A stretch of 64,000 nt of DNA from Antedon mediterranea (GCF_964355755.1 NC_092679.1:21683432-21747431); one strand, 5' to 3'; counted from the first letter of the stretch, positions 43,901 to 57,954 are shown. A program made the numbers and translations. Notes: generated by a model not told the origin, from the sequence alone.

Positions 43901-46900
43901 TTGCATATTTTATTAATATTACCAACTACTTAAAATTACCAGTCGTAAGAAAGTGAACTTTTCGTAGTCCGATTGTGATGAAACTAAAACAGAATTATTC
44001 AGCAATATATGTTTGTTATCAATTAATCATCGACGCAGACATGTCAATAGAACATTCAGACTGCGCATACGATTTCTACATGGTTACGTTTTGGTCTCAA
44101 AAAAATGTAACAGTTGATTCGCAGCGTTTTACAGAGGGCCGCGGTTAGAGACATGGAGTTCAATGAACGTGTTTGTTTGATTGGCAGCAGTGCTTTAGTA
44201 TAGGCAAGCGCGTTGTAAAATCGTTTGATGTCACCGTCGATGCATATCCTTCTATTCTTTAATCCATGGTTTGACAGTAGAAGTGAACTTTACTATTAAA
44301 TGTTGATATGATAAATCATAAATAACCTTCGTGATTTTTAGCAATTTTTGACTTTTCCAATTGATGGATACTCCAGCTGGCAATCCCTTGTTCGGATTGG
44401 AAAAGATGCTAGAAAAAAGTAGGTCAATATTTGACATATAATGTGGAGGACTTTCCCAGTTTCTATAGTAACATATCGCAATTAGCCTACTAGATGAAAC
44501 ATGAAACCACACTGCCTGGTTTTGACCAATGGTTTCAAGTACTAGATGGATGAATGAATGAGATGCTACCCTAGTAACTGTTGTAGTTGTACAGACAGAC
44601 CTTTTATTTTGAAAGGAATATCACATCTAGATCATTATAATTCATACTAAGTTAACTATTAATAAATAATACCCATCTTTACAAATACATAGACCTATGC
44701 TTATTTTATAGAACAAAAATTATATTTGTTGAAACCAAGACATACAGTAGTACAGTGTTAATATCACTGGTATCCAATATTCAGGACCGTAGCCAGGATC
44801 TGTCAAAGGGGGGTTCGGACACTAAGTAATTGGGTCAACCCCCCCCCCCCCCCCCCCCCATTAAGGGGACACCACTATTGAGGTAATACTTTAGGTTATA
44901 AAACCGTGTCCCCTTAGTAGCTGTTCCACTTTATTTCCTTTCTGTGTCTAGATCGAATAATTATTCTGTTGTGACAATGAACGAATAAATAATATCCGTT
45001 GTTGTTTTCATACATCATGTGAGTTGTTTGTTCAAATCAGAATAGTTGAAAGACCTCTTTTAAAATAAGGAAGGAAACCGAATAAAAAAAGATTAAATTA
45101 TTTTAGGATCTTCATCACTTCCATATAAACATCCTGTGGATGATTTAATCACAAATACTAAATATTGATGGGTATATATCTGACTCACTCTTGCACAATT
45201 TATAAACTCTGTGCGACCTATTAAAAACTACCCAACCAAGCCCTCTGTATTTTCCTTGCCCCACAAAATATTTTCTCTTCCCCATTAGAGTTTTCCTCAT
45301 AGAATTGTAAAAAAACTGTATCTGAAAACACTGCTTCAAATAGATATTATAAATTACTATATATTAATTAAAAAAATGAAAGGCATGGGTTTCCATGAAC
45401 CTCCTTTAAGAGGACACTTTTGGGACACAATAAAGCGTCCTCTTAATAGTGGTTGGCAGTAGTGTTAAAACATATTGCCCCCATTCATGTCATGAGATAG
45501 TGTTCCCTTAAGATGGATTCTACTGTATCCAGATAACAATAATAAAACATACATTTATTTCCACAACTAATAGAGCAAAATACAGAGTAACATAATAAAT
45601 ATACAACCAATAATGAACATAATTAATATAATGCAAGAATTATATAAATGGAAAAAGGCCACAGCAAGCAAACTTTAAATTGATGCATGTGGCAACGTTG
45701 TTGAAACTATTATCTTTTACTACTATGGTACATAACATTGTGTAGTAATTTAGTACCTTCTTTCCACTAAATAATTAAATACATTTTTAATAAAGATTTT
45801 CATTTTGTTTGATGTTGATATATTATTAAAAAATATATATTTTTTCTGCGTTTGTTATAGTTTCACCACTTTTTAATCATTTTGGATTTGATTTAAAAAA
45901 AACATTGATGGTCTAGAGCAACATGAACGTTAGAACATGCAATAGCACATTTTGTTATTGCATTAAGTTCATTAGCTACAGTAGTTCATTGTAAATGATA
46001 TCTATAGATAGGGCTGTCATCAACTAATTAAGTCTTGATTAATTAGCAGTGTGATGTCACCCTGACCAGCTGTTTCAAGTTAATTTATCATGACCAGACT
46101 GTAAAATAAACCAAGGTTCTCCACTGTTCCCCCCTCAACACATTCATTCTAATTTCCTTGCTTGTTGTGATGTATTTTATTTTGCGTATATCATTAGTCT
46201 GCTATCTTTAGCTTTAACTGTTCATTAACTGCTCGGTAGTGAACAGTCCTTGGCAGGAAAACGCTTGTGGATTGCCGAGATAAGATAGAATTATTAAAGA
46301 AGAAGAGACGGCCTTCCTTCACCGCGTTCCCTTTGGTACTCGTGTTTGTCCTAATCTTGCAGTGTTTTGTTGACAGTTGATAACAGTCGCTACTTGGTCA
46401 GGGACATTTGCTTTATAATTTAAATATGAAAGTCAAATGAATTATTTAAAACAAATAGTTTATGGAATTGCCATCTCTAGAAGAAAAGGTTGTAAATTCG
46501 GTGGTCCAGAGCGCCAGACTAGTGATATGTGGGTTGAACTCCCATCCGAGAATAACTTGCACATTTTTTGTCAAAAGTGTTCTCAATGTATTTAGTATAT
46601 AGTATAAAGACAAAATTCTACTTTTCTACTTTTTTCAATTCAAATTTTAAAGAATATACCATAGATATACTATAAACTACTAGAGGGTCAACCTGAAGAC
46701 AGCGATGTGAAGAGGACAGAAAAAATATTTTGTCTGAAATATTATACAGTATTTAAAATAATAACCTCAAATCAGAACAACACAAAACAGAGTTCCTATT
46801 GTTATTCGCAATAAAACTAATTTCTTGGTAAAATTTGACATTTTTGCATATGAGTATTGAATAAAAATACTTTCTCGTATTGATTCTCTGAATAGGCTGC

Positions 46901-47929
46901 AATGTAGTAGTGCTTCAGGAGAAGCCTCTATTAAGGGCACAGTTTTCTGTGTCACATACAAACAAGTAGTGTATTATTTAATTTTATAGTTAGTAAGTGT
47001 ATCCTTGTTTTATTTCATTGTAATTGTTTTATTATCTGCTTTTGTTTTTTGCTTCTGTAATTGTTTTATTATTTTTGATTTGATATCTGCTTTTTACATT
47101 TATTTTTGTTGGTGTTTTCCTTTGAGCACGGTCTTACTGAAAAACAACTTTTAGTTGAGTTAAGTATCCGTGATTAAATAAAGCTTATTATTATTATTAT
47201 TATTATAGTTGAAGTACTGTGTATTTTTCAAACTTCAGACAACACCTATTAAGAGGTCACTTCGTTTTGTCTTGAAGTAATATTAATATAAAAACAAGAA
47301 TAGATTTTCTACTTTGAAAACATTGCTTGCGAAAACGAAACTAACTCGACTAAAATTTGAGTGACAAGCAGATTGCTAAATCACGAGTCTAATTCATTTG
47401 CGGAAAAAAAAAATCCAGATTGAGAGGAAATACTGATTCATAACAACGTGGTGGAACACGGTAACAACCATGTGCTTTCTTTGTTCTGTCAGCACGTTAT
47501 TCTGGAGTTTGTAACTTATTTAAAGCCAAATGCACCTTGTCATGGTAATTGCGGTATTTCTTATAGCTTCTCTGTTTTTTCCCTAGTCATGATTCACAAG
47601 ATCAGGATGTTAAAGCTAGGTTGTTGATGGGGTGTGAACCGGCTAGGCACTATTTTCAACTGATTACGTGTTATGCCTTACTTGCGAAACAAGTTTACCT
47701 TAACATTAAAATTAAGAGGTACTTCTTAAGGGTTACAAAACTTCAGAAAAAAAGTGTTTTAATCGGTGTCCTTTGGATTTACTGGGGCTTTGGAAACCTA
47801 AGTTGACCCTGAACATTTCACTGAATTATTTTTTTTTAATTATGAAAATAATGCTGCAGTTCACACAGAAATTTGAAAATTGTTTTGTTTAAATTTGGTA
47901 AGCATGACCTAGTAATCTCAGGAGTAGTA

Positions 47930-48260
47930 ATGGCAAACCATCGAGTGGCTGAGCGGTTAAGTCAGTGGAACCAAATAAATCAATATGATATGGGTTTAAG
48001 GCTCTCTCGCACTATGGTTCTGGTAGTAGAACAGATAAGGACTATCAACTATAGGTCCAGTGTAAGAGCCAGTACATTAGAGATGAGTAGAGGGTTACCC
48101 CAGTGTACTACAGTAGCTCACACAGTGGACAGTCAAAATAGTGCCGTAGTTGGCAGCACCGACATGATGTGGTCCTTAGGTAAGAAGCATGTAGTTGAAA
48201 AGTGTAACATCTAAGTCCACAGCGCATTGAGACGACATTAAATATGCTATATAAATACAT
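47930..48260 (+). mobile_element. tRNA-derived SINE, probably Meta-domain type with an L2-like tail
   Basis: A-box GTGGCTGAGCGGTTAAG (~47945), decayed B-box, central GATAAGGACTATCAACTATAGGTCC resembling the Meta domain as I recall it, 3' AGCGCATTGAGA...GCTATATAAAT tail. Confidence 0.55.
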
Positions 48261-48295
48261 TAACCTCTAGGTTTAATGGGGATTTCTTGATTATA

Positions 48296-48415
48296 ATATA
48301 CGGCCATACTGCTTTGAAACACCGGTTCTCGTCAGATCACCGAAGTTAAGCAACGTTGGGCCCGGTTGCGTTCTGGATGGGAGACCGTCTAGAAATTGTG
48401 GCGGGTGCTGTATAT
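48296..48415 (+). pseudogene. 5S rRNA-derived sequence (SINE head, not a bona fide 5S gene)
   Basis: ATATACGGCCATAC...CTCGTCAGATCACCGAAGTTAAGCA...TGGATGGGAGACCG...CGGGTGCTGTATAT; A and C boxes recognisable; single copy with several substitutions. Confidence 0.8.
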
Positions 48416-48640
48416 ACTGAAGAGTGATGGTGTAATGGTAATATCGGACTAGCATGTGATAGGCATGGGTTCGAGGTTATCTGTACCATACTAATTGCAT
48501 CCTTAGGCAAGATGCTTTACTCTCATTGCCTAATCTGGTAGGCGCTGCACTGCTGGCTGCCGTGGGTCCGTGGAGGGCCTAATCCGAATTTCCTCACTGA
48601 GGACAAATATTAATACAAAAAAAATAAAAAATAAAAAAAT
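48296..48640 (+). mobile_element. Chimeric SINE: full-length 5S rRNA-derived head + tRNA-derived segment + body + A-rich tail
   Basis: 48296-48415 aligns by eye to 5S rRNA over its whole length; no T-run terminator follows; tRNA-like TGGTGTAATGGTAA...GGGTTCGAG (~48428-48475); body CATCCTTAGGCAAGATGCTTTACTCTCATTGCC; A-rich tail ~48615-48640. Confidence 0.8.
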
Positions 48641-49209
48641 TAAACATCCTAAAACATGTTATACAGTATATGGTTTATCTTTATCCTTAAGCCAAACATA
48701 CAACTCTCATTTCCTTTCTAGCTGATTTTATTTTGTCACTTAAAATTATCATTTGTAAAAGAAACTTCATTGGTTAGAGCTTTGCGTAAACCGCACACCC
48801 TAACTCTATTTCCAGCTGCTTGCATTTTAACATGTTCCAAACTTAGTATGACTTATATGAGATTATTGATACTGGCTTACTACTGTAGATAACCAATTCA
48901 GATCTTACTGAATTACATAATAATTTTATGTTAAACTTGTATAAGTATGACATCATTTTAAAGGATGTTCATATTATGTTTCATGGTTAATGTTAGGGTG
49001 TGTGAATAAGTACACATATATATCAATGTTGAATTAATACATTACATGTTTCATATTAATCAGACGAATACAGAAGCATTTATTGATGCTTTTTAGTTTA
49101 TCATGACTTAAAAGATGTTTCTTTTAGCTTGAGTGTGAACGGATTTCTACATATAAAAATATACAGTACATAAGGTATAATACGTAAAATATGTTTTTAA
49201 TATTTTATA

Positions 49210-49986
49210 CAGTGACCATATGAGTGATAATATATAACCTTGTTGACACAAAAAGGCGTAATTTTTTATTGTAGATGTACTGTAAACACAGACTATTATT
49301 AAAAATGGAAATTAACACTTATTCAAGACCAAACCTATTCAAAACAAGAACTTATTTGAAATAATGACATAAAATTGAAATTATCATTTTAAACACAATT
49401 ATTTGGATTAAGAGACTTACTTATTCAAAATAACACTTATTCATAATCACATAATTGAAAATGAGCATTTAATGGGCAATGAAAACAACATATTTAATGC
49501 AATACCTATTCAAATAATCATATAATTGAAAATTAGCATGAAAGTAAATATTTTGATTATAACCACTTACTCAGAATTATCACTTATATAAGACTTATTC
49601 AAAAAAGTACTTAATCAAAATAATAAATGAAAATGAGCATATGAGCACAAATATTTGGATTATTATAAGCACTTATTCAGAATCTGAACTTATTTCAGAC
49701 AATTAAAGACTTAGATTATTCAAAATAAGCACTTATTTGAAATTATCATTTAAATAGAGAATTGGCATAAAACATAGGATTATTTAGCAGTTATTCAGAA
49801 CTTATTACAATGATTCAAAACAAGCACTTACAAATTTGGCATAACAATTTGGCTTATAATTTAATTGTTGTCTAGCATTTGTTTTCAAAATCTGTATATC
49901 TTTTTTTAGAATGAGATAAGCTCTTACTTATTCAAAGTGAGCACTTATTGAAAACAGTCACTTTATTCTTACTTAATGGACACTGT
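49210..49986. repeat. ACTTATTCAA-rich degenerate array, possibly an old Tc1-like element
   Basis: More than ten (C)ACTTATTC/TATTCAA motifs; ends TA-CAGTGACCAT... and ...ATGGACACTG-TA form weak inverted repeats. Confidence 0.45.
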
Positions 49987-52900
49987 ATAATTAATAAGGA
50001 TAACTTAAGGCGCTCTCCTGTTTCCTTACTTTAATTCTCCTTTCAAAATCTTTGATATACAACTGCTGCAGTCCGTCTTGATATGTTACAAGTTAGGCAA
50101 TCATTTTAAGTGCAATTTAAGGTTGGTCCTCATTTATATGATATCATCTCTATACCACCTGTTGGCTATAAATTAGCCTATTTATTTTGTAATTCAGTTC
50201 TCTGCACTGTATTGCATTAGCCTCATTTAGGGTTTTAAGCAAAAAAAACAAATATCTATTACTGTCTAGGCCCACTCCACTGATAGTTCAAATACCCGGC
50301 ATCACAATCTTATGAAATGATATGGAACGTTATTGTGATGATTGGACAGCATGTAAATTAGACATGGGGAATGAGGGTGAGGTTAATCCATAAAAGGCTG
50401 TGAAAAGCACCCACTTGAAGGTTGACTGTTTAGGGTGAGGGGGGGGGGGGGGGTGGTGGGAGTGGGGAGTTAGGGATGTTGAATAAAAAAAGTAAATTCA
50501 ATCCTTATTTGTTTACGGTACACTGTTGGACATAATTTGCTTGTGAACCGTGTTGTGTTACTACATACTTTATCAATAATATCTTATAATAACTATTTTA
50601 TCAGTGTCATCATTCCAAACACTGGTCATTGGTCAAAATTGAACTTGAGAGGGTGACATCACCCCAATATGTTAGGTATCTCATAATATCCCTTCAGCTG
50701 TTATATACTCGGAAAAAAAGAATTTAATTTTAAGGATTTAATTTTTTTTAAGGGAAAGTAAGTGATTTTAACTCAATAGGTTTTGAAGGCCATGACGTCA
50801 AACACAAATACCATATTACAAATTTCCCCGAAATGACCGCATACAAGTTTCAGAGTTCAAAATAAACTCCTTTCATGTACTTTCATGTATCTATGGACAA
50901 TATATAAATCACTTTCATAAAATTCTTTTATGAATTTCATTGTCATTCTTGAACCACCTGTATAAATTAAATATTCAAATTTGAATTTACATATTATATG
51001 CAAGTTTATATTATTTTTTTCTAGATTTTGAACAATAATTTTTGTAAAAACAGGACTTGTACAGAAAATAATTGTTTACTGCAGATATATAAATATACAT
51101 ACATACATACAGTATTATTTATTTGGTAATATGCAAATTTGGAAAGTTTTGGTCAATTATTGGCCCATGTTTGTTTAAATTGTCTTTATTTACTCGGCTG
51201 TTCCTTTACAACGGATTCAATCTATATAATGATTAATGGTGATGTACCCCGTGATGTAAGTAAGTATAACTGCAGTAAACACAGTAGCATTACTTCAGTA
51301 AATTTGACATGTTGACAAATTTGATGACATTAGTGATTGACATGGTTACTATGTATTACTGTGTATTCTCTGGTGGCCAGTCTAGCACAGGAAATCACTA
51401 GTAGTTACCACACTATCTACAATTAAACAAACGTTATAAAAGATATAAAAATATACAAGTAATATTGTACAACAGAAAAGCTATCTCCGAATACATGTGT
51501 TTTTTTTTTTTATCTAGTAAATAAATTACAGTAGAACCTTGGGACACTTTAGGTGGGGGATGTCCCTATAAAAGTTGACACTTCCCTAAATGAACAGTCA
51601 ACCCCTATCAAGAGGCTACCTCTATAAATGTCAGTTATTTTCTATATTTCAAATTTTCTTATTCAGATTTTTAGTCTTATGTAATTAATTATATTTTTTG
51701 GTTTTTGTTTTTCTTTTACTTTTCTGTTTTTGCTGTATTTTGCATATTGTATCTGTTCTGAGGTTTCCAAATGATCAGCAAATGCTGGATGGATCACCCT
51801 CATTAAATATGGTTAAAATAAAAATAAATAAAATAAAAAATAAAGTGCTGACTATATTATTAAACTTTATGTGATTTGATGTGCCCATCACATATGATGA
51901 TGTCATATCACTACTATATTTGGACATATCACTACTATATTTGGGCACATCACACTTTCTTGTCAAATAGTTTGACGTACATTCAACCCCTATTCAGGGG
52001 ACACCTTTATTAACTCTTTGTTGGATCCTGTAGGTGTCAGTTACAAATGTGTGATATGCTAGTGATATGCCCAAATATAGTAAGTGATATGCCCAAATAT
52101 AGTAGTTATATGCCCAAATATAGTAGTGATATGACATCATCATATGTGATGGGCACATCACATTTTTTGTCACATAAAGAATAGTGTAGACAGAGCTTTA
52201 GAAGCAATGTCTCTCTATAAGATGTTATCTGCCAATATATTTGTAATGTCATTAACAATATAATGCTTCATGATTCCAGCTAGATAATTATTTGTGACAG
52301 CATCATTCAACATAAAAAGATATTCAATTACATCATTCTTTTTAAACTAAAGTATGCTAGATAAAGATTTTTATTTTCTCTGTTATTAAATCCAGAAAGA
52401 GGTCTTGCCACTAGAGCAAACTCCTTAAAATGGCCGCCATATATCTGTTGAACAATATTATTTAGTAAAATTAATTTATGGCCTAAAATGTTAGGAAAAC
52501 ACCTAAATCAGCACAATCAGTACAGTTTTTGTAAAAATTTTTAATGCCAATAAAATGAATAATTTCTTGGAAATGCCTCAGTTTAAGTATACAAATAAAA
52601 CGAATAATTTCTTGGTCAATTTCTTGGTAAAAGAATACGTTCTTGTGTTGACACAACACAGACATAGTAGAGTGTGACTGAATAGGGAATGTGACTTGAA
52701 AGTAGAATCGCCTCATATGATGCAGCCACATTACGTTGTGGTCCCTCTGCGTGGTGATAGCCATCAGATTACCCCGTGTTTGGGACCAGCTTCACATATC
52801 ATTGACCGATGCTGCAGTCCTAGAAAGCCCATCAGCCTTCATTAGAAAAGTTCACATTCATTTTGATTCACTTTAACTGTATTTTATGTCTTTTATGTGT

Positions 52901-54682
52901 AAATTAACTTTGTGGTTGGGTCATCCGGCTCAGCTACAGTGATTAATTTCACTAAGGTTGACCCTGGTCTCCCCAATTTCAGTTTTTTTTTGTGTTATGT
53001 ATATACTGAAATAGACCGAATAATAAATGAAATGAAAATGAAATGAATCAGTTTTGAATTCACTGTGGTTTCATTAAGTTCACTCTCTAGTTGATTATAA
53101 TAAACTCTTTAGAATGGAATTTAGATACATCAACTCATTTATTCAGACTTATTATATAAACATAGCTACTAAACTATACTGGTATCATATCAGCCTTATG
53201 ACGTATATTATTTTAATCTTCTAATAATAATTACATATCCAGATATAAAATCTGAGAAAGAAGATATTTTCATAATTAATATGATATCAGGTGACTGACA
53301 TTATACTAATCTTTGTTTTCAGTGAAACATTTAATATTGCGATATCAGTTAATTCTCTTAGTAATATTTTGATATTACATCTTATATCATCAAAATATCC
53401 CTATTATAGGTTTTGAATTGATATCTTATCAGTTGTATTTATATTAATATCATTTTTTGTTTTGTTTCGTGTTATGTACAGTAAAGAACACCTTCGGGGC
53501 ATCACAACATTTTCCCATAAAATGACGAATTATGTTTTAACACTATGGTCAACCCCTATTCAGTGGACACTTAATTGTTAAGGGTCCCTTAATAGGGTTA
53601 TACTGTATACATTTACAAACATATTTGATAAAGAAATTGGTGTGGATAGCTTATTTACCATTAAGCTTCATTGCTTTTCAGATCCAAAAGGTCATAGTTT
53701 GTCCAAATACACAGGCCTAAAGATCTTATGCTTTGCTGGTAAAATCAATTATTTCAGGCGATGCTTGTACCCTTCATACTCATAGTCCACTTTCAGACCA
53801 TTGTGGGTCTTTCAGATCATATGTGAACATTAAAATTGTATTGCAGAAAAGTTGCAATTTCTAATAGGCCTACACTATAATATAATATGTCATAGATTTC
53901 GAGACAGGATGTTAATAGTATGTTGTTTGTCATGTGCTACATCATTAAACCATGCCAAGGCTGCGTTTATATACTTTAGCTTTTCTCCAGATGTTTTATT
54001 TTATGACTTTATATTAATAATTCATCCACACTAAAATAGAAGTATCCTGGGTAGGATATCAATTGCAGCCTGGTTAAAAACTCAAATGTATGAGCAATAT
54101 ATTTGGTGATTTAAAAAAATCAGTTAAAAATCACTTTGAGGATGACGTCTAGAAGTACGTATACAGTGGAAACCTTCCTATGGGGGACTATTGAGGGAAA
54201 CATGTATTGGGAAGCAGTATGTTTTAATGGACAACCCCTATTCAGGATCATGCAACACTTTTTTATCAAACTGTATGTGACAACAAATATGATGTGCCTG
54301 TATATGGACATGATGATGTCATATCACACTACCATATTTGGGCACATCACACTTTTTTTTACAAATTAGAGGTGGTACTGTATTGAAAATTACTTACCAT
54401 TTTGTCTTTATTGCGTATATTTTCATAGGAAGTATTCCTAAGATTTTAATCTCTTCTTTTCTAGGTATTGGTCTACTATGTCAAGGATTGAGACATTTTC
54501 CTTGGCAAATTCCCAATTTATTTTTTTATTCCTTATGCTGAATTATGAAAAAAAAAATTTTATTTAGTTCTTGTGTTTACAAAACAGTTTTTTTTTTGGT
54601 TGATTAATTTATCATTATGATAAAGAACAAAAAAAGCAAAAAAATGTTTATAAAAAGAAATATACAGTAATAAAAATCTCAA

Positions 54683-54900
54683 CCTTCCTCCCCTCCTATC
54701 CTCCCCCTCCCACCTTCCTCCTCCCTCCCTTCCTCCCACCCTTCCTCCTACCCTTCCTCCCTTCCATTCCTCTTATCCTCCCTCTCACCCCTCTCACCCT
54801 CCCTCCCTCTCCTCTCATCCTCTCTCCTTCTCACCTCCTCTCATCCTCCCTCCTTCTCATCCCACCCCCTCTCTCTCCCTTCCCCTCTCATCCTCCCACC
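54683..54900 (+). repeat. Polypyrimidine (CT-rich) low-complexity tract
   Basis: ~220 bp almost entirely C/T (CCTCCT, CCTCTC). Confidence 0.9.
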
Positions 54901-54922
54901 CATAGTTGGGCAGACTGTGACT

Positions 54923-55126
54923 GGGTAGTATTGGTAAAACAGCATCATGAGCTAGGCTTACACTAGCACTTGAACCACTGCTCCAGTCATGGGTAGTATT
55001 TGTAAAACAGCATCATGAGCTAGGCTTACACTAGCACTTGAACCACTGCTCCAGTCATGGGTAGTATTGGTAAAACAGCATCATGAGCTAGGCTTACACT
55101 AGCACTTGAACCACTGCTCCAGTCAT
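54923..55126 (+). repeat. 68-bp tandem repeat, 3 near-identical copies
   Basis: GGGTAGTATTGGTAAAACAGCATCATGAGCTAGGCTTACACTAGCACTTGAACCACTGCTCCAGTCAT starting at 54923, 54991, 55059; one mismatch seen. Confidence 0.95.
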
Positions 55127-56649
55127 CATACTAATATAATGTCAAATTGACTTTAGCACTAATATACTCGGAAGTAATGCTATTCTGTAGCATTCATCAA
55201 CATCCCCTGATCCTACTGAAACAAATTACCCGCGGCACCATTGTTGCTCTCGTCATTTCTTATGGGATGCAAGGCACAAAATGAACAGTAACAGCGATGG
55301 TATTTTATTAGTAAAAGCTAGACACACTGTCTCCACTAACGTTAGTCTTTTAATTTGACTTCATTTCTGCACGATTTTCTCGGCGCAGTTTTGGGACTGA
55401 ATTAAACTTTCTTTTGATGAATAATAATTTGGATCGGCATTCATAATTTGATGAAATGAAATATTTAAATTGAGACTGAGTTAGAATGTTTCTCGGAAGG
55501 GCAAACATTCGAAAATATTTCGTGCAATCAGTATTGATAGACTTTTGTCTCATTTATTTAACATTGCTAATTTAGTCAGCAGTTTGTTTATGTTATCTTA
55601 AGCGAGGTTTATTCCATAATTTGAAACGCCAATTAATTATGAATTTCAATTGAAAAAATGTATTTTATATTAATAGCAATTATTGTCAAGAAGTTTATTC
55701 ACTAAGTTCAAGGATTTTTTAAATATTTTTTTTTATACTACCGTATATTTCGGTGTATAAGTCGCACCTGTGTATAAGACGCACCCCCTAACTGAGAGTA
55801 AAATATCGGAATTTTTTATATCGTCGATGTATAAGACGCACCTTATATTTCATCAAAACAATTTTTTATTAAATTGTAATCAATATATTGTAATAATATA
55901 TTTTGTTATATCTACAACGGCGTCCTTTATTTAGGTTTTTTCTTACCTAGGCTCGGCCGTGCCCAGCCTCAACAAGTTCTTTCTAAACTTGATATTCATG
56001 AGTTTCGTACCCGCAACATCGAGTGCATGACCGTGTGTGTAACACACACGTGTGTGGGCTAGCCTCGCTCGATCATTTCGAGAGGGCGCACGTTTTCACG
56101 GACAATCGTATTCGATTAGTATCTATGTATCCGAGAAGTGTATACGCTAAGTCCATGCTATAATCAACTGGAGAATATCCTAGTCGAATACCGTACACCA
56201 TGTGGCCGCCAAGAAGGGATTGCGCTAGGGGTACGGCGGTCGGCGATCGTGCGTATAACTATAAATAAATACATTCCCATCGTAAACGTTTACAAATGAA
56301 ATTTTATTGGAGCGCCTAAAACAGCTCTATAATGAACAAATCTTTTCATCATATTTAGTATAACATCATGCTAAAATGCCTTAAAAACTAGGCAGAAGCA
56401 GGTTGCCGTTACGTTATTACACTGGGATCAGGTGCCGTTTTCGGCCACCTCGACTTATATGGACTATACCATTATTATGATAGGGGTGTGGTGTATTATG
56501 TTTTATGTAGAGAAGGGTGTCTATTGAATGGGAAGACAATACAATTGTTCTGTTATGTAACCTACAGTACAAACTACAAGGAACAATACAGAACATCAAA
56601 AACTAGCATGTTAAAAAGGCATGTTATTATTAGGTAGGCCTACTGTGTT

Positions 56650-57603
56650 AGGGAATGCCAAGATTTTGTAACAATATTACTATATTAACTAAAGATATTT
56701 TATATAAAACAAATTGTATAGACAAATTTAATGAAGAACCATCTACTAACTGGATAAAGCCATTTAGGAAAAATAATAAACAAGTTGATCATAACGACTG
56801 GTTTTCAAAGGCCCAAAGCAAAACGAAATTCCATGCAAAACAACGTTAACGGAATATACTATGTATAAACATGGAGTAAATGAATAAAGGAACCAAACTT
56901 TTGAACAATATTTGTTAGATAAAACTAATTTTAAGAGTATCAATTTAATTTAAAGCAAGATCAAACTCTCTAGATCTTGAGGTTCGTAGAAAATCCTGGT
57001 CAAATCATAACACAGGATTATGTAAGATGTGTAGTACAAACGAAAAAGAAACAGTAAACCATTTTTTATTTAAATGTCCTTCATTAAACTCTGTTGTTAG
57101 ACAATAATTAAGTATGTACCGGGATAATTTTAATTGTGGACCTCAGTTAAAACACCACTTTATGCTAGACAATTTATTCACTGAAAATGAAACATTAGGA
57201 AAAATCTTTGATTTTTATTGTAAAACATATTTAATGAAAGCATGGGTTACTAGATCTACGATGTTATCCGCATTACCTCTCTCAACTAATTGATTAATAT
57301 AGTAAACAAGCTACAGACATCTCTATGAGGATGTATCTGTAAGTTTTATTTATTAGGCCTATCCTGTATTTTTGTTCTGTTTTTATTTTTGTAGTTATAT
57401 ATATTGTACAATTTACGTATTATGTATTTTCATACAGATCTAATTAATTACTTTACATTTTGTTTTGATGTTATGTATTAGTATTTAGAACTTTGTGGCT
57501 TATGTTATTTGTAATTTTGTCTGTAAATTGGATGCACCATTAACTGATAAATGTGTGACACCGATATAAAGGTGATTCCTATGAATAAATAAATAAATAA
57601 AAA
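56650..57603 (+). mobile_element. 5'-truncated, decayed LINE (ORF2 C-terminal CCHC knuckle, RTE-X-like) with (TAAA)n tail
   Basis: Frameshifted translation ...FEQYLLDKTNFK/KARSNSLDLEVRRKSW...LCKMCSTNEKETVNHFLFKCPSL (~56900-57095); tail AATAAATAAATAAATAAAAA at ~57584-57603. Confidence 0.7.
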
Positions 57604-57954
57604 CTATATAAGTAGGTATACTTACTTATTATATATAAAAACTAAACTAAACACTACAGTATAATCAAAATTAAAGCATATTAAATACTAGGCCTATGTT
57701 ATTCCTATCTATTTAAACACTTAAAATTTTAGTACAATCGGATTCGAAATTAGAAAATCTTAAATACTACAATACAATCGGAATTAAAACATCCTAAATA
57801 CTACTTTACAATCGGTTAAATTACCTAAACTCTATAATGTTGTGAAATATGTTAAAGAATGTTGGCAAATGCGTTCTAATCGGCCCAATCCTATCGGTAG
57901 ATAAATCATATTTTTTATTTTCTTGAACTAAACATAAATAAAACGAAAGAAATA

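Noticed and set aside
48296-48415. Functional 5S rRNA gene
   Set aside because: Single copy, diverged, no oligo-T terminator, fused to a tRNA-like module and an A-rich tail.
53681-53738. Possible next TALPID3 exon (TTTTCAG...G|GTAAAA)
   Set aside because: The only open frame does not match the phase-2 donor at 24879 and the peptide is not TALPID3-like.
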